In this document: positions 39,541 through 52,983 of the stretch, piece by piece
Position numbering within the stretch: the first letter of the stretch is position 1
How the letters are laid out: each line of letters starts with the position of its first letter
Assembly: GCF_037042905.1 (NCBI RefSeq)
Contig: NC_087245.1
Coordinates: forward strand, 2,480,001 to 2,544,000
Direction: 5' to 3'
DNA length: 64,000 bases
Source: Lytechinus pictus
Lineage: Eukaryota
Translations under genes and position numbers: made by a program
The notes under the pieces: generated by a model
Told to the model about the DNA's origin: nothing
The model's database searches: none
Seen by the model: the letters and a program-made list of their open reading frames with translations, nothing else

Positions 39541-40266
39541 ATAGTCTGTATTCCAGGAAACCTGTAGTGAGAGAAGAAGCCACAAGTCCAGCAAATTGTG
39601 AGTCAATATCTTTTTAAAGGGCTACCTCCTGGGCTTTGAGGTTTCTCTCTCTTATTTCCTGGTACCTCTTTTACTGGCGAGGAATAATATTTAGTGCAAA
39701 AATTAACAGCTTATCCCAGACCAACTATCCAAACTAGTAGAGTTCAGGATTATTTGTGTAGACCCTTCTCTTAAAGATTCTTTTGACCTGTTCAGATTGG
39801 GTATTTTGTTTTCACAGTAGGGGGTCACATGAAAAACAGAATGCAATATCTTTCCAGTGCTCCTGATTTCCTGTTCAAGAGTAATTTTGATATCATTCCA
39901 TCTCACTTATTTTCATAATAATAATATATGACATTTTTTTTGGCAATTTCCAGCCATTATTTACCAGGAAACTTGTAGAATGCTGCTGACTAGAGTTCTT
40001 ATTTTTTATTCTTCACCCTTTTCACATATTGAGTAAAAGCTTTTCACTTTCCATTTTCATTCCTTCTACAAAAAACAGGTTAATTAATCATAAATGATTA
40101 GGAGTAAATAAAAAAGGGAATATTCTACAACTAATAGATCTATAATCAATTGATATTGTATAAATGGTGTCCCTCTATATATCAAAAAGTTATCAACCTT
40201 GGGATAACTAGAAATAGTGAAAAAAAATTAGGAGACTGCATCCTGTGTTTTCATTGCATGTTCAGA

Positions 40267-40708
40267 GACCCCGTTCTCATTACGCTTTCTAAAACTAGTT
40301 TACTGGAAACTGGTTCAGGAAACCAGTTTGGAAGATCGCTTTGCAAGCGTCCCCATTTGATCACACGAAAAAGGATTTCAAAATCACTTCATGTATAAAA
40401 GTGATCTTGTTGCTGTGGGAATGCTCTTAGTGGGTGACACACTTTGTGTGGAATTCGTAACTGCATCTTAGGCATTCTACACAGTACACAGAGTGTACAG
40501 TAGCTCGCTCAAAATGTGCGAAGATCGCTTCCTGAAGTGTCCTCACTAACACTTAAACCAGATTAACGAGGCAAAGCGATCTTGAAAACTACATTGCGAG
40601 GTGGTTTTATGAACCGGTTTGGAAGATTGCTTCGACCGTTCTCATTACACGTTAAACTAGTTTCCAGTAAACTAGTTTTAGAAAGGTACATGTAGTGAGA
40701 ACGGTGTC
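40267..40708 (-). mobile_element. GAGGCTGTTCTC-family MITE (diverged)
   Basis: gaccccgttctca ... tgagaacggtgtc; interior colinear with the 37612 copy. Confidence 0.88.
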
Positions 40709-42390
40709 TGAGGAAGCCTTATCAAGTATCTTCCTTTTCTGTCACAAGTATTAAAAAGTATTAAAAAGTTATCTCGTATGGCGTATTCTGAAGATTGCAT
40801 AACTATTTTGAAACACTATCCCTTTAAATCTTTGTACAAAGGGTAAATCCTAGAGCCACAAGTTTCTGGGAAAGGCTTTGCTTGTTGGATGTCATGTGCT
40901 CATGTTTTCAAGGGAAAGGGCCATCAGACATTGCCCGCAGTTATTGTTTCTTGTTACCCCTAGCAACCACAGCTCTGCCATGGAGAAGGAGAGGAAACTG
41001 ACTGCTCTTATAAGTTATAGATTTTAGTATAGAAGAGAATGTATGTGACCAACCAGAACCATGAATCATGTTAGAGATGAATACTATCCCTAACCTTCTT
41101 TCCATGAAGGTTTGTTAAATTTTATGCAAAGCACAATGCGTAGGTTGCTCGATTTGACCACTTTAGGAACTCACTTGGTCTTGGTTGCAAACTGTGTCCA
41201 TGTTCTTTTGTAAACCACATCCACTCAGTAATAATTTCCTGTTTAGCATGGTAAATCGTGGGCTATTGTATCCTGAATGAGTATATTTTGGAAATATTGA
41301 AAACAGTTAAAGAAAGAAGATACATAACATTGCTGCATCAAACTTGGGTATAACAGAAAAATACATGTATCGGCTTCAGACTTCAATATTTCTTCTGATT
41401 TGATAACCCATAATTTTGTTTTTGAAAATTTGTTACAAAGTTACCAATATTCTGACTTCTTATGCACAGCTGAAAAAGTCACACTCTACATGTAGGTTCA
41501 GTATGTTGCCACTTACATTTAAACTTAATGATGAATAAACCAAACTCACTGGTCTATTTCTTTGAACTCTTTGTGCGCTAGGCCATGAACCCCTCTGTGC
41601 TGAATTACTTTCAGGGAGGGATCAGGAGAGGTAAATGAAATGGACTTGCTCAATTCAACTAGCTATAACTTATCACTGCAACATTTTGAAGGGAGATGTT
41701 TCATAGCAAAGTTGTAGAGAATTTCACCCGCTTTCTGACTATACAATATATTTTGGAAAATAATGATTAAAAATTTGGTAAATAATGCCTAATATCACAC
41801 ATATATGTTACTATTATGGTAAACATAAATACAATGGATTGTTTGTCTGAGAGTGAAATGCAAAGTTTTTCATGGCACCGAGTGTGCATTGGTGCGAAGT
41901 ATGCGTGGAAACTGGAAAGAGTTAGATTTTTTTTTTTATAGGGCATTATGTTTCATATTAATGACTCATTCATGGGGAAGGGGTAATGGGCAATCTTTAA
42001 TGTAAGCCTGTACATGTAGGCCCCCTATATTGAAAAAAAACTACACCATTCTGTTATGTTTTGGGTTTTTTTTTTGTTTTTTTATTTTGGGATATTTTGT
42101 GTTACAGTAAATAGGGGAAAGTAGTTATGTCACAAAAAGTGATATTTTCAATACAATATTATTGATACTTGCAGTATTATCTGTTTTGAATGAAGACTTC
42201 TTAAAAGTGATCCATTGGAATACACTATAGATAGAGTTGCAAGTGACATATTAACAAGTAGGTCTGCTCTCTGCAAACAATCATTTCTCCTCCCTACGGT
42301 ATGTGGACTCCATTTTAAGGTCTGTGCAATTTCTCTGCAGATTAAAAATAGCAATATGTTTTGGAACTTTCCTCTTTTCTCCTGATACAG

Positions 42391-42496
42391 ATTACCCACC
42401 GATTCCAGGGGAAATCAGGATAAAATGGCGGAGACAATACAGGACTCTTCTGCTGTCTGAAAACAAACTTGTCTTGGGCCAGAGGATATATCTCAG
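42391..42496 (+). other. Candidate upstream (5'UTR) exon containing a short uORF
   Basis: Acceptor tttcctcttttctcctgatacag| at 42390, donor CAG|gtaaat at 42496/42497; contains aaaATGGcg (42425) with TGA at 42458-42460. No transcript evidence. Confidence 0.4.
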
Positions 42497-43228
42497 GTAA
42501 ATATGTACATCAAGTCAGCATAAGATAGGTCATGTGAAAGTAGGTTTCCAATAGGTCAGATCTTAATACATGTACCATTGTACGATCGGTTAAACCTAGG
42601 AAATGTAAGAATCATTGTAGAAAAGGTGATTGCTGCACACTTTCTGTACAAAATCCCACATGGCCAATGTTTGCAAGGATGATATCATCACTCTTCAATG
42701 AGATACCAATTTTGTGTTTTAATGTGTTCATTCTTTATGTCATGCAAAATGCATTTGCTTTCTGACTACAATGGATTAAATGATTTGGTATAAAGCTCCC
42801 ACAAATAGTTTCCCACCTTATATGACGCATGGTACAAGCATACTTTTGTCAAGTAAACCATAAAATGGGCTCCTTTAGAGTAAGAATTGATCCTCTCTTG
42901 ACAATTGTCCTCAGTGACATACTTACATGCACTTGATAAACTATAAAGCTATTTATGCATATAGAAATAGTATATCATCTCAAGATCAGGAACAATACAA
43001 GGCATCCCAGAAAAAGTGGAACGGTGTTTTTCAATCACTTTGCCAGAGAATACCAAAATCATCAATTTTTGGTGAAGTCATTCCCTTTTAATTTATGCAT
43101 ATTTTTTTTAATTCATACATGTTCAATTTTCACAAGTAAAAGCTATGAAATTTGAGGAAAAAATTGTCTTAAATTGCCTTTCATATAGATGTAAGTTATT
43201 TGAGGAACACCTGTTTATATGCCTCAAT

Positions 43229-43715
43229 AGGTGGTTTCAAACCGCCTCGATCACAAGAATCCCCGTTAAATTACGAGAACTTTTTTAGGCTGAAAAATAC
43301 CCATTAATTATTTCTGCATTCACACCGCCCTGAAACATACCCTTCGGGATAAGTTCCTGAAGTAGTTCCTGAAGTTACGAGCATGCGCAGTATGGTCTGA
43401 TAAGCAAGCAAGGCGCGAGATTCAAAATCACTAGCCCAGCAGCCACCCTGGGCGCCGCACCCAACGACACGCTGGGCTAAAAGTTCCCGTAATTTGCTTT
43501 CAGACCGCCAAAATACCCACGACCTTGGAAAAATCCCCGCGAAAGTTCTCGTAATTTCGCCAAGTACCTACTATTTATCGGGTATTTTCTTTCGGGGATA
43601 TTACGCGTAGTTTGCTTTCAGACCGCCAAAATACCTGGTATTTTCTGATCGGGGTAAATTTCCCGATCAGAGAATACCTGGAACTGGCGAACTTCGAGGC
43701 GGTCTGAAACCACCT
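43229..43715. mobile_element. PIF/Harbinger-like MITE (487 bp)
   Basis: TIRs aggtggtttcaaaccgcctcga / tcgaggcggtctgaaaccacct; 3-bp TSD AAT; internal repeats tttgctttcagaccgccaaaatacc. Confidence 0.92.
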
Positions 43716-45953
43716 AATGTGAAGCAAATAAAAGGCCTCCCTCCCCACCCGAGAAAAAACACTGTCCAGTTCATGATTATAAAAAGACACTTTGGACAAA
43801 ATTTTGTCTAAAAAATATGGATTTTTTTTCTTTAAAAAAAACATGGGAAATGCGAAATAGATTGGATTCAACGATCTGGGTATGATTTTTTGTACAAGAT
43901 GCCATAATCAATATTACGGGGGGGGGGGGGTAATAATCTTCCCTTTTTAAAGGCAAAGTACAAAATATAACTCAACCATCTCACTTTTCTGGGTCATACG
44001 GTTATGGTAAATATGGGACATATGGTTATCTACATGTATATATATTTTGGTTTTCGACATACTTAAAAAAAAAAGACATAAATCTTGAAATATTAAACAT
44101 TATGATATACCTATCTTAGTTTAATTAATAGAAAGGAAAGTGATCTGAAATATTTCTGATTCTTCAAAAGCCATTTCTTTACCTTCATAGGTATATTTCC
44201 TCCTGTTTATCCAAAGTTTCAATACTTAATACCATTTATGTTGGGAGGAATTTTTTAGGACAATACTTAACTTCAGAAGGGAAGTGCTGTAATGTACATG
44301 TAGCTAGGGCGATTCTCTTTTAATTTGTCTTTTTTCTGACCTCAAAGAGTGTAATTTAATGAAGAAATACAAGTGGCACACAATTCTGGGAAAAAGGGGT
44401 TATTATATTAAAGGATAACGTTTAAAAAGTGCTGATCATTTTGGCAGCATATTTGTATATTACACTAGGTAGTTAACACCAAAAGCTAAATGTGGGCATG
44501 TGAATCTAGCAATTGCTCTAGCTTCATTGTCTTTCGGGAGGGGGGGGGGGGGGGCAGATAAGTATGCCCATATGAAATTGGCAGTCCAGACACTCTGACA
44601 TACGTGGCATGCACATGTATTCTTTTCTCATGAACGATTGTTGGAAAAAAATAAATAACAACATACTAAGGCTTGACAGCGAAATTACTGTATGTCGCCT
44701 GACCACCATTCAACAGTAGTTTAATTAAACTGATGATGCATCAAAATGTAATTTATCCATTGAACAAGATCTTTTCCATTGCTACTCATCAGTTTTACAT
44801 AGATCAGTAATTAATTAAGTGCAGTCATGTGTGAAATTACCCAGCTAAATTGGGATCCATCCTGTATGCTTGCCTGCAAATATTAATTTTTGATACTATA
44901 CAACAAAACGGTGCCTGCTCTTGCATTTTATTTCAATTATATTTGTCTTTATTATGAGTAGTTGCATGTTACCATCATTAAAATTATTTTCACACCCCTA
45001 CTGTCCCAATAGGAGTGGCCCAAAGAACAATACCCCTGTCATCCACGAACCCTGCTCAATAGGACCATACCACTCAACCTTTGTGAAGACCAAACAGCAT
45101 CTTTCTGGAGGGAAGAGACAAGCCACAACAAAGGTCTTTGTGTGTTGCCATTTGCATTTCTATGTTTTTCCAATTGATGTTGATGGACAATATTCCATGT
45201 ATATTCCAATAAATTATATGTGAGTGATCAATTAAAACAGCGCAACTTTGTGAAAATCTTGTCAAGAAAATTATAAACAAAATTAATCAGTTATGCCAAA
45301 AGTCCTTCATGTAGTGTTGGCTCTTGAAGCTACCTTTTCCATTAATGTGTTTTGCATGGCTTTTATTTTTTGGGTGACCATTTCAGCTGTGTTTGTTACA
45401 GGTTCTACTCCGGTTTATTCTTATTTTTCCAGGCAACATAGCCTCACATTATTATCAGAGATGAAAGGAGAATTATGATTGGCTAATCTGATCTAGTCAA
45501 TTTGTGATGTGATCAGAAGCTGAAAGGCTCTCTTTATTTATTTACCCTTGGGTTTTTTGAAAGCCTTCCAGGCCCTTAAGCTCGGAAACCAAAATAATTC
45601 AGGCTTCCAAGAAATTTGGATGATTTCCTTTCAGTCCAAGATTAGCTCAATTATGGAAATGTACTCTAAAAATTGCTTTGATCAGCTAGCTTGGGTTTTT
45701 TGCATAGGAAGGGAACAACAAATGTTGACAAGACTTTTTTTATTTTAGGATTCATGATTTATGTTGTTATTGAAGCTTCCAAATATTAAAGATTGATGGG
45801 TAAGACTTCAAAAATCTGTCCTGATTTTGTAATTTTTTCATGTTATTTCAAATTGGTTTTGTTCTAGTACTAGTTATGTTCAATATACCAAACTTATATT
45901 GGCTAGCTTGAGCTGTTGTATCATTCTATCACAGGGTAATTTGACTCCAACTC

Positions 45954-46486
45954 CAGACCTGCCAACCAGTACGTTTTAGCCGTATTTAGTACGTTTATGC
46001 AACCAAAATATGGCAGTTTTTCTTTGAAAAATACATTTTTTGTAAAAAAACACAACTAAATTACTAAATCGTAATTTATTGAGAAAAATAATCTCTATAT
46101 GTCTCTATTTCATAAAACGTACAAAAATATGGTTATTAGATCAATGTTATTTCAGGTAACTTGTTTTTTTTTCAATCATTTTGTTAAAACCAGGGTGAAG
46201 ATATACACATGTTTAATGGTTTTTTTTTCATCTGCAAGAGCAGTGCGCATTTTAGCTTGCATGCAGCTTGAGCGCCGCAATGAGCGAGTGCGCCAAGCAT
46301 TTTATTATGAAATACACTTTTTTGGGGAAAAATGCAGTTTTTTTTTCACAGAATACAGTTTTTCATTCCAGAGGTTGGCAGGTGTGCATATTTATCTCAC
46401 ACGGTAAAAATACTGATTTTTTTGACAAAATACTGATTTTGGGGGATAAGAATACTGAAAATGCAAAATACAACTTGGCAGCTCTG
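45954..46486 (+). mobile_element. Extended copy of the CAGACCTGCCAAC MITE with two right-end TIRs
   Basis: Body matches 12657-13087; inner end ggttggcaggtgtg at ~46386, outer end ttggcagctctg at 46486; TSD CAACTC at 45948-45953 and 46487-46492. Confidence 0.9.
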
Positions 46487-48959
46487 CAACTCAAGTAGTA
46501 AGAAATAAAAAGAAACTTTAGGAACTCCACCATTTCATATGACCAATGAGTGAAAAACATCTTAAAATGAGTTTTATTGATTCCAGTATTATGATATCTC
46601 AGATTGACAAAGAAGATTCATAAGATCTTGGAAAAATGGAATTCAATAAATACTCTATATAAAGTGTCCTTAGAGCGGTACTCCAAGCCAAAATACTATT
46701 ATCAAAGAAGAAAAAACACTGAAAATTTCATAAGAAGTTATGGAATGTAAAATTTTCACATTATTTTGATGAAAGAGTTCTATGCAGCGAGCTGATGGCA
46801 TGATGTCTACACTTTCCTTTTCCTTTAATATTACATATGCAACAACATTTTTTCCTCAAAATACACCATAAATCACTTGTTATCCTATTTTGTTGTCTGA
46901 GAAAGGAAATTTCCTCTCTGTGCAAAAGATTTTCAGTAGATGGCTGAGCTCCACATTATGATTGCAAACAATTTGTTTTGCAAGTGTGCATGTAATGAGA
47001 TAATTTTGTGTGGGATTGTAACAGGCCATAGAGGAGTAGGATTAGAATAAATTAAAGATAAAAAAAAGCTTGAGTGTAGCATTGTAAATCAGATATGGCA
47101 GTCATGTAAACCAAGCCCATTTCTTGTTGTTTAGCCGGTGTAGTCTTGTACGCCCACATTTAATGCATCCCCTTTATTTCTGAGAATTCTAAGTATTCTT
47201 GGCCGTTGGATAGAGCTGTCTGCTCAGATTTCAATCAAATTTCTATTCCACAGACATCAGAGGTCCCTGGAAACTATACTCTCAACAAAAGTGAAGTCTA
47301 AAAATCACACCTTCAACCCTGCTTAATCTTTAATGTCATATACTGTATAGTCTATTTTTAAATATTTAATATGTTCATATTCAGAAGTATTATATATATC
47401 ATATATTTCCAATGATTATAGGTTACTTCTAAATTCATTAATTGTACTTTTCATAACATTTAAACAGAAAACTGTTTCCCATTTCTTTTTTTAATCTGCA
47501 TAAAGAATAGCCTAGCACTTTATTCTAAGAAAAAAAAGATTTATATAGCAGTAAGCATTACAAGTCTAATGCAGTCAAACAACTATTTAACTTTCTTGAT
47601 ATTTTAGTGTGGTTAGTTGACCGGAATATACACGTAGATAACAATGTATGTACACATTTTTTCTCTGAATTTCCCATTTTGATTTACCAGTAGTATTTAC
47701 TAAGTTACAAAGCCTTAAATGCAGAAGAACACAAATGAATCGTTTTATATTCTTCAGATGACCCTTTATTTTTCAATAATTTTCACTTAAATGTACTGAA
47801 TTGATTTAATTCTATGTAAGTTCTATATACTTTTAATTTCCTGTCTTGATTTATTGATTATCATCACTTTCATTACCCTTTGATAAAATATGAACTAGAA
47901 ATGGTTTTCTTGGACTTGTCATCAAATTCAAAACCAATTAGAATCATGTTTGAACAAAGAAGCAATTGGTATTTCAGTTTTGTGTTTACATTGATTTCTT
48001 TGGAGTAGCCACGGTAGCCATTTGAATATTCTGAAAGTTTGAAGTACTTTGTCATGTATTTCCTGGTTTTTTGCATTTCTTGGAAGAGATACTTTTTATG
48101 GTATTCATTTCAGAGTTAGAAGGCGTGGAGATTATTATTGATGTTATTCTTCTTTCTTGTCCGATAACTACACAGATGATCTGATATTAGGTTGTGATCC
48201 AGCACATAGCAGTCTTCTCATTTGAAGTCATCAAATCATCCTGGCTGCTATGAACTTCAATGTTTGAGCAATGATAACAGGAGATTCTTCATGTTTAAGA
48301 CAATTCACAGTAACAGTTAATGTTTTCAGCCATCAGTATATCCCAACTTTTGCATATTTGCATATTAGTCTTGTTAAGAAGTCGGTTAAGGCACTTACAT
48401 GCCGTCCAGTCTTGCTGGTGTCCTGTGGATAAGTGCTCCCTTGTAAGGAGGAAACTTTTCAAGATTGTGAAGCAGGTTTTAGAAATGGTAGATGTTTTAA
48501 TTCAATAGCTGATCATTGTTTGGTCTTTGATTTGGAAGAATATTTAAAATTTGTGTGATGATAACGTTGCTAGTTTGTTCCTGATGTTTTCTCCAAGCTT
48601 TAGTCTTTGCTGTATTTCATATTTTCATTTCAATAGTCATATGTTTAGTACAGTGCTCATGTATTGTTTAGACTCTCTCAGTATGAGCAAATGTGTTGTG
48701 AAATGTCCTCGACACACCCTCATTCTCAAACGTAAATGATAGATACAGGAAAAATGCACATTGCTTCATTGTTAAATGGACTTGCAGTGTTCAAGGTGAA
48801 ATGTCAAGTTTGAAGGACCAGTGATATTCCTTTGATATTTTGTATGAGATCAGTGGTATTTTTTTCTTGAAAAATAGTAATAATATCTTTAAGTTATATA
48901 CTGTTTTGCTAAAGGATGCAAAGCAAAACTATTATTACCCTAGATTTAGCTGGAGCTAC

Positions 48960-49131
48960 CACTTTATCAGTAGTTTTCATCGCATTCAAGGAATGAATCG
49001 TATCGATTCACCTGGGTTGAGTGCAGCACAAAGTGGATCAATTTCTTGCTGAAGGAAAACATGCCATATCATGGCTGGGACTTGTACCCTCGACCCTCTG
49101 TTTGAAAGACAAGAGTCAGAACCACTAGACC
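48960..49131 (-). mobile_element. Degraded tRNA-derived SINE just upstream of the 49207 exon
   Basis: Reverse complement reads ggtctagtggttctgactcttgtctttcaaacagagggtcg... and gtgctgcactcaacccaggtgaat, matching the other SINE copies. Confidence 0.75.
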
Positions 49132-49248
49132 TCAATAGGCATGAATAATACAAATGTTACTTTGTTAGAAAACTTGCTTTAACTGTATATGCTTATATCA
49201 TTTCAGATTCCAACCAGGTCTTCAGCTAGGAGCTGTGATTTAAGTGCA

Positions 49249-49311
49249 ATGATGGTTAAGCCAGTCAAGAAACGATTCATCCAGGAATGGAAAATGACAG
49301 AAGCAGTTCAG
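49249..49311 (+). CDS. First identified coding exon of an uncharacterised ~1273-aa zinc-finger/co-repressor-motif protein (MMVKPVKKRFIQEWKMTEAVQ); exon spans 49207-49311
   Basis: Acceptor tttcag|ATT at 49206/49207, ATGATG at 49249, donor CAG|gtatat at 49311/49312. 63 nt, phase 0, joins in frame to 52106. The 42 nt between acceptor and ATG are also open in frame, so the start is uncertain. Confidence 0.7.
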
Positions 49312-51671
49312 GTATATATTTATGTATAAAAAACAAATCATTGTTTTGTGGCAATTTCAACAATATTTGGTTTGATATATCTTAAAGTTTTATTGGTAGA
49401 TGAAGTTTGTATGACCTGCAAGAAATGAGGAGGGCAATGTTTAGATTTATTTTTATAGATTTGATGGCAAAAATGATCTCCGTGAAATCACCAAGTTCTA
49501 CATAATATGTTTAACAGAATTAAATATTTCACATAATGAAACAAAAAGAAATTTGAGTTTTTGACATCATCGGTTACATGTGCGTGCTTATCACTTGTGA
49601 TAAGCATAAGTGAAAATTTAGAATGTCATAGCTTTCTTATTTTACTACAGATTTTGCTGATGTTTGATTTTTCTCCCATGTATTAAAATGAGCACAGAGA
49701 ATTATGGGTATGTCATTTAGCACAAGATCCTTAAACAGCCGTGTATGAAATTGTGAGTTTACAAGCGACGCTTAAACAAACCACCCTGATCAAATTGTCA
49801 TCAGTTATCAGTTTCGACAAAGTCCTGTTTTGATAGATAAATAGAAACACTGGTCTCTGACTGTTTCTATGAAAACTGTACGACAACTTGTATCTGTTTA
49901 CAAGATTCATGGAATAGTGACGAGCATTTACTTTTGATTTCTATTTGATGCAGCCTTTATAGATACAGTCATGAGCAGGAGAAAACAAAACTGGAAGTAG
50001 AGGCTGTAGAAAATACCCCCAAGAGAAAAACAAACAAACAAAAAGAATAAACATGAATAGAAACAATAAATTGTCTTTATATAGCGGGAGCAAACAGAAA
50101 CTGTAGTGGTTTACTGTGGCTTTTTGTCTCACCATTAGTTGCTGATTATGCTTGCCTACTTCCTTTTTGGGATGGGTTTATTTTATGATATTTTGATTTT
50201 CATAGGAAAAATAGGAATAATTAGACAAAGTCACAACTAATTGAAATTGACCTGGTTAAAAGATTCCATATATTATTGTACACTTGGCAGCTCTTTTAGG
50301 TTTGATACTTTGTTAATTTTTTTTTTATTGATGACAAGACACATTGAAAATAAAAAGAAGCCTTTGCTTTTAATTCAAATGAGGCCTGGCTAATTTGGCT
50401 TTGTAGATGATATGGTCAGAAGGGGAAAGTGCTGGGGCGGCTACAACACCCTCCCACTCAATCTTTTTTAAAACCTTTTCCAAGTTTAGGAAAGAAGCAT
50501 AAAAGAAAGATTTGGGTGAATATCAGTGATTCTGTTAGTTATTCTTGGATTATTTATTTTCGTGATATAAAAATGTGTCTTGACTCTTTTTTTGCCTGTG
50601 ATCTTATCCTTCATATAAATATTCTGATTGTCAAGATACATGAAGAAGGAAATAATCTAATTTTCTTGGGAGTTTACAACCGAATCAAATTATTTCCAAG
50701 GAAATATGAACAATACAGGGACATTTTATAGATTTAAAATTTGATTTTTCAGCAAGTTTTTGACAATTTTTTTTTCAATTGAGTTTCCCCCAACAATAAA
50801 CCGAAACTGCCTGTTTTCCAAAACCAATGATCAACTTGATGTTTAGGTAGACTCTTGGTCTTAATGGTAAGATTTTGTAGAAATTCTTGCTACATGAAGG
50901 GAAATTAAAGAAAGCGTAACAATACATGAAGCTCGAAATATATATCACCTACCAGAAGAAAAAAACAAAAACAGGACCATATAGTATACCAGTTGTCTGG
51001 CGGTTTTGAAGATTGATTGATTTCATTCAATTGACCTACAAACAGCATGAAAAAGGTGTACCAAACTATTATTCTGGAGAATATTAGATGTATCAAAGTA
51101 AAAAAAATGGTACAATTTTCCTCTACCAGCATAAATTCAACCTGTGAGCATTTGAAATGATAAATTGTTGATTGTTAAAGGCTTCATTGGGTTTATGCAT
51201 ACCCTGCATTTAAAACAATATATATCATGACTTCATGTTTCTTTTCTTTTTGGTTATTCTCTATCTCTCTTGTAATTTATAATCTCTACCTGTTCAATCT
51301 TTTAATTTCAAGGTATTTTCATTTCATTATATTATCTCATAAAAAAAATCTATTATATAAATTTAAAAAGGAATATTATTTACATAAAGTATCTAAGTAG
51401 CTAAAGTATATAGCTCTGAAATGCTTACAGATTGTTATCATTTATCATTGCTTGTACACGTCGATTCCATTGATTGTGATATCTATCAATGAGTATGCAC
51501 AAGACTAAGAAAATATTTTTTTAAAGGAATATAAAAAAGAAGCCAGACTAGGAAGCATGATAATGGTAAAGCATGAAGTTGATTTACTGTGACAAACCTT
51601 ATTGAAAATGATAGAATCCATAGTGTGAGCTGAATCTATGATATGGGGATGATAAACATGTCCACAATAAT

Positions 51672-51826
51672 GGGCCCGTTGCATAAAGTTACTGTTATAG
51701 TAACTTTGCCATTAATGGTAACTATCATGGTAATTCTGATCAACAGCCAATCAGAATCAAGGATTCTAGCAAGTTACCACTGCATGGCAAAGTTATCATA
51801 GTAGTAAAGTTTATACAAGAGGGCCC
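51672..51826. mobile_element. Short palindromic MITE with central CCAAT box (intron 1)
   Basis: gggccc...gggccc ends, arms taactttgcca / tggcaaagtta, loop cagccaatcag; relatives at 61461 and 62535. Confidence 0.75.
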
Positions 51827-52105
51827 AGGTCAGTGCCATGCATTCAATAGGGTTCCTATCTTCAATCTACTTGTGGTCCTTTCAGAGACTAGCATAGGAG
51901 GACGAGACTCAAAACTCATTGTTTAGTAATATAAACACTGTATCCTTTTCTCATGAGTGTTCTCTATAAGTTTGATGATGATGGCCTAGATCTTATAAAA
52001 AGCAGACTGGTTTTAACTAAAATTGTGGTCATTGATATCAGTGTTAAAGTGCCAGCAGCATTCATGCAATTTCACTAGCAATTTCTATTTTTTATTCCTT
52101 CACAG

Positions 52106-52714
52106 CACAAAGAGAAGATACCAGAGCCTTCTCCTAAAGCTGTAATGAATCACGTTGAGAAGTATCCCCATACAACCACAGCAAATCTCTTGACTCAGCA
52201 ATCAGTCATGCACCCAACCCACCCATTTCGCATTACAGCCCCCGGTGTTGCATGGGGTACACCTCCTGGTGACCCCCATGTGGCCATGCGTAATCACTAC
52301 GTTGAGCCCATGTACCTACATCATCAGTCCATCCCTAGATCAACGGGACCACCCAACGTCATCATCCGTCCACCAGAGAGGCAGAATCACCCTACGATGA
52401 TCAACCCAACGGACATCACAGGCTTACCCGGTCGTGGTGCCAAGCGTCCACAGATGCCCCAGGACATGGCTGCAGTGGATGCCAAGGCAAGCAGGAAGCG
52501 ACGCAAACCAGAGGGCAAGACTGAACTTGTTATGAGTCCATTCCTGAATGGTGGCGTCAACGGCAGCGTGCATATCAATGAGAAGATTCCTCCAATCCAA
52601 CCAATTATCTTAGACTTTGAGGTGCCCCTGCCGCCTATATCACCCACCAACTTAAATCCTGATGAAAAATTGGGAGGATCCAGGGGAGACAGTAGTGAAA
52701 AAAAGAGCGCTCAG
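52106..52714 (+). CDS. Coding exon 2 (203 aa; Pro/His-rich, NLS-like SRKRRKP)
   Basis: Pyrimidine tract and cacag|CAC acceptor at 52105/52106, in frame with ORF 52145..52738; donor CAG|gttagt at 52714/52715; 609 nt, phase 0/0; GC higher than flanks. Confidence 0.9.
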
Positions 52715-52983
52715 GTTAGTTTATTATTATGTACTTAATGTCATTGAATGTACTCGCAAAGTAATGCTTCTTCGTCTTCCTTCTATTTGTTAAATATATA
52801 TATCTTCCAGTTTTCATTAAATTATTTATCAGTGATTATTCAGTATTAAAATACCATGAATTTAGGCAATCAGATTTCAAGATTATAACTTTTGGTAAGC
52901 AGATGTCTCTGGTTTTTTTTTTTTTTTTCGCAAGTTGCTACACTAATCATTGATTATACCTACCATTTGATTTTCATATGCAG

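Noticed and set aside
42996-44004. Tc1/mariner MITE enclosing the 43229 element
   Set aside because: Left end tacaaggcatcccagaaaaag is suggestive, but the candidate right end matches too weakly to support boundaries.
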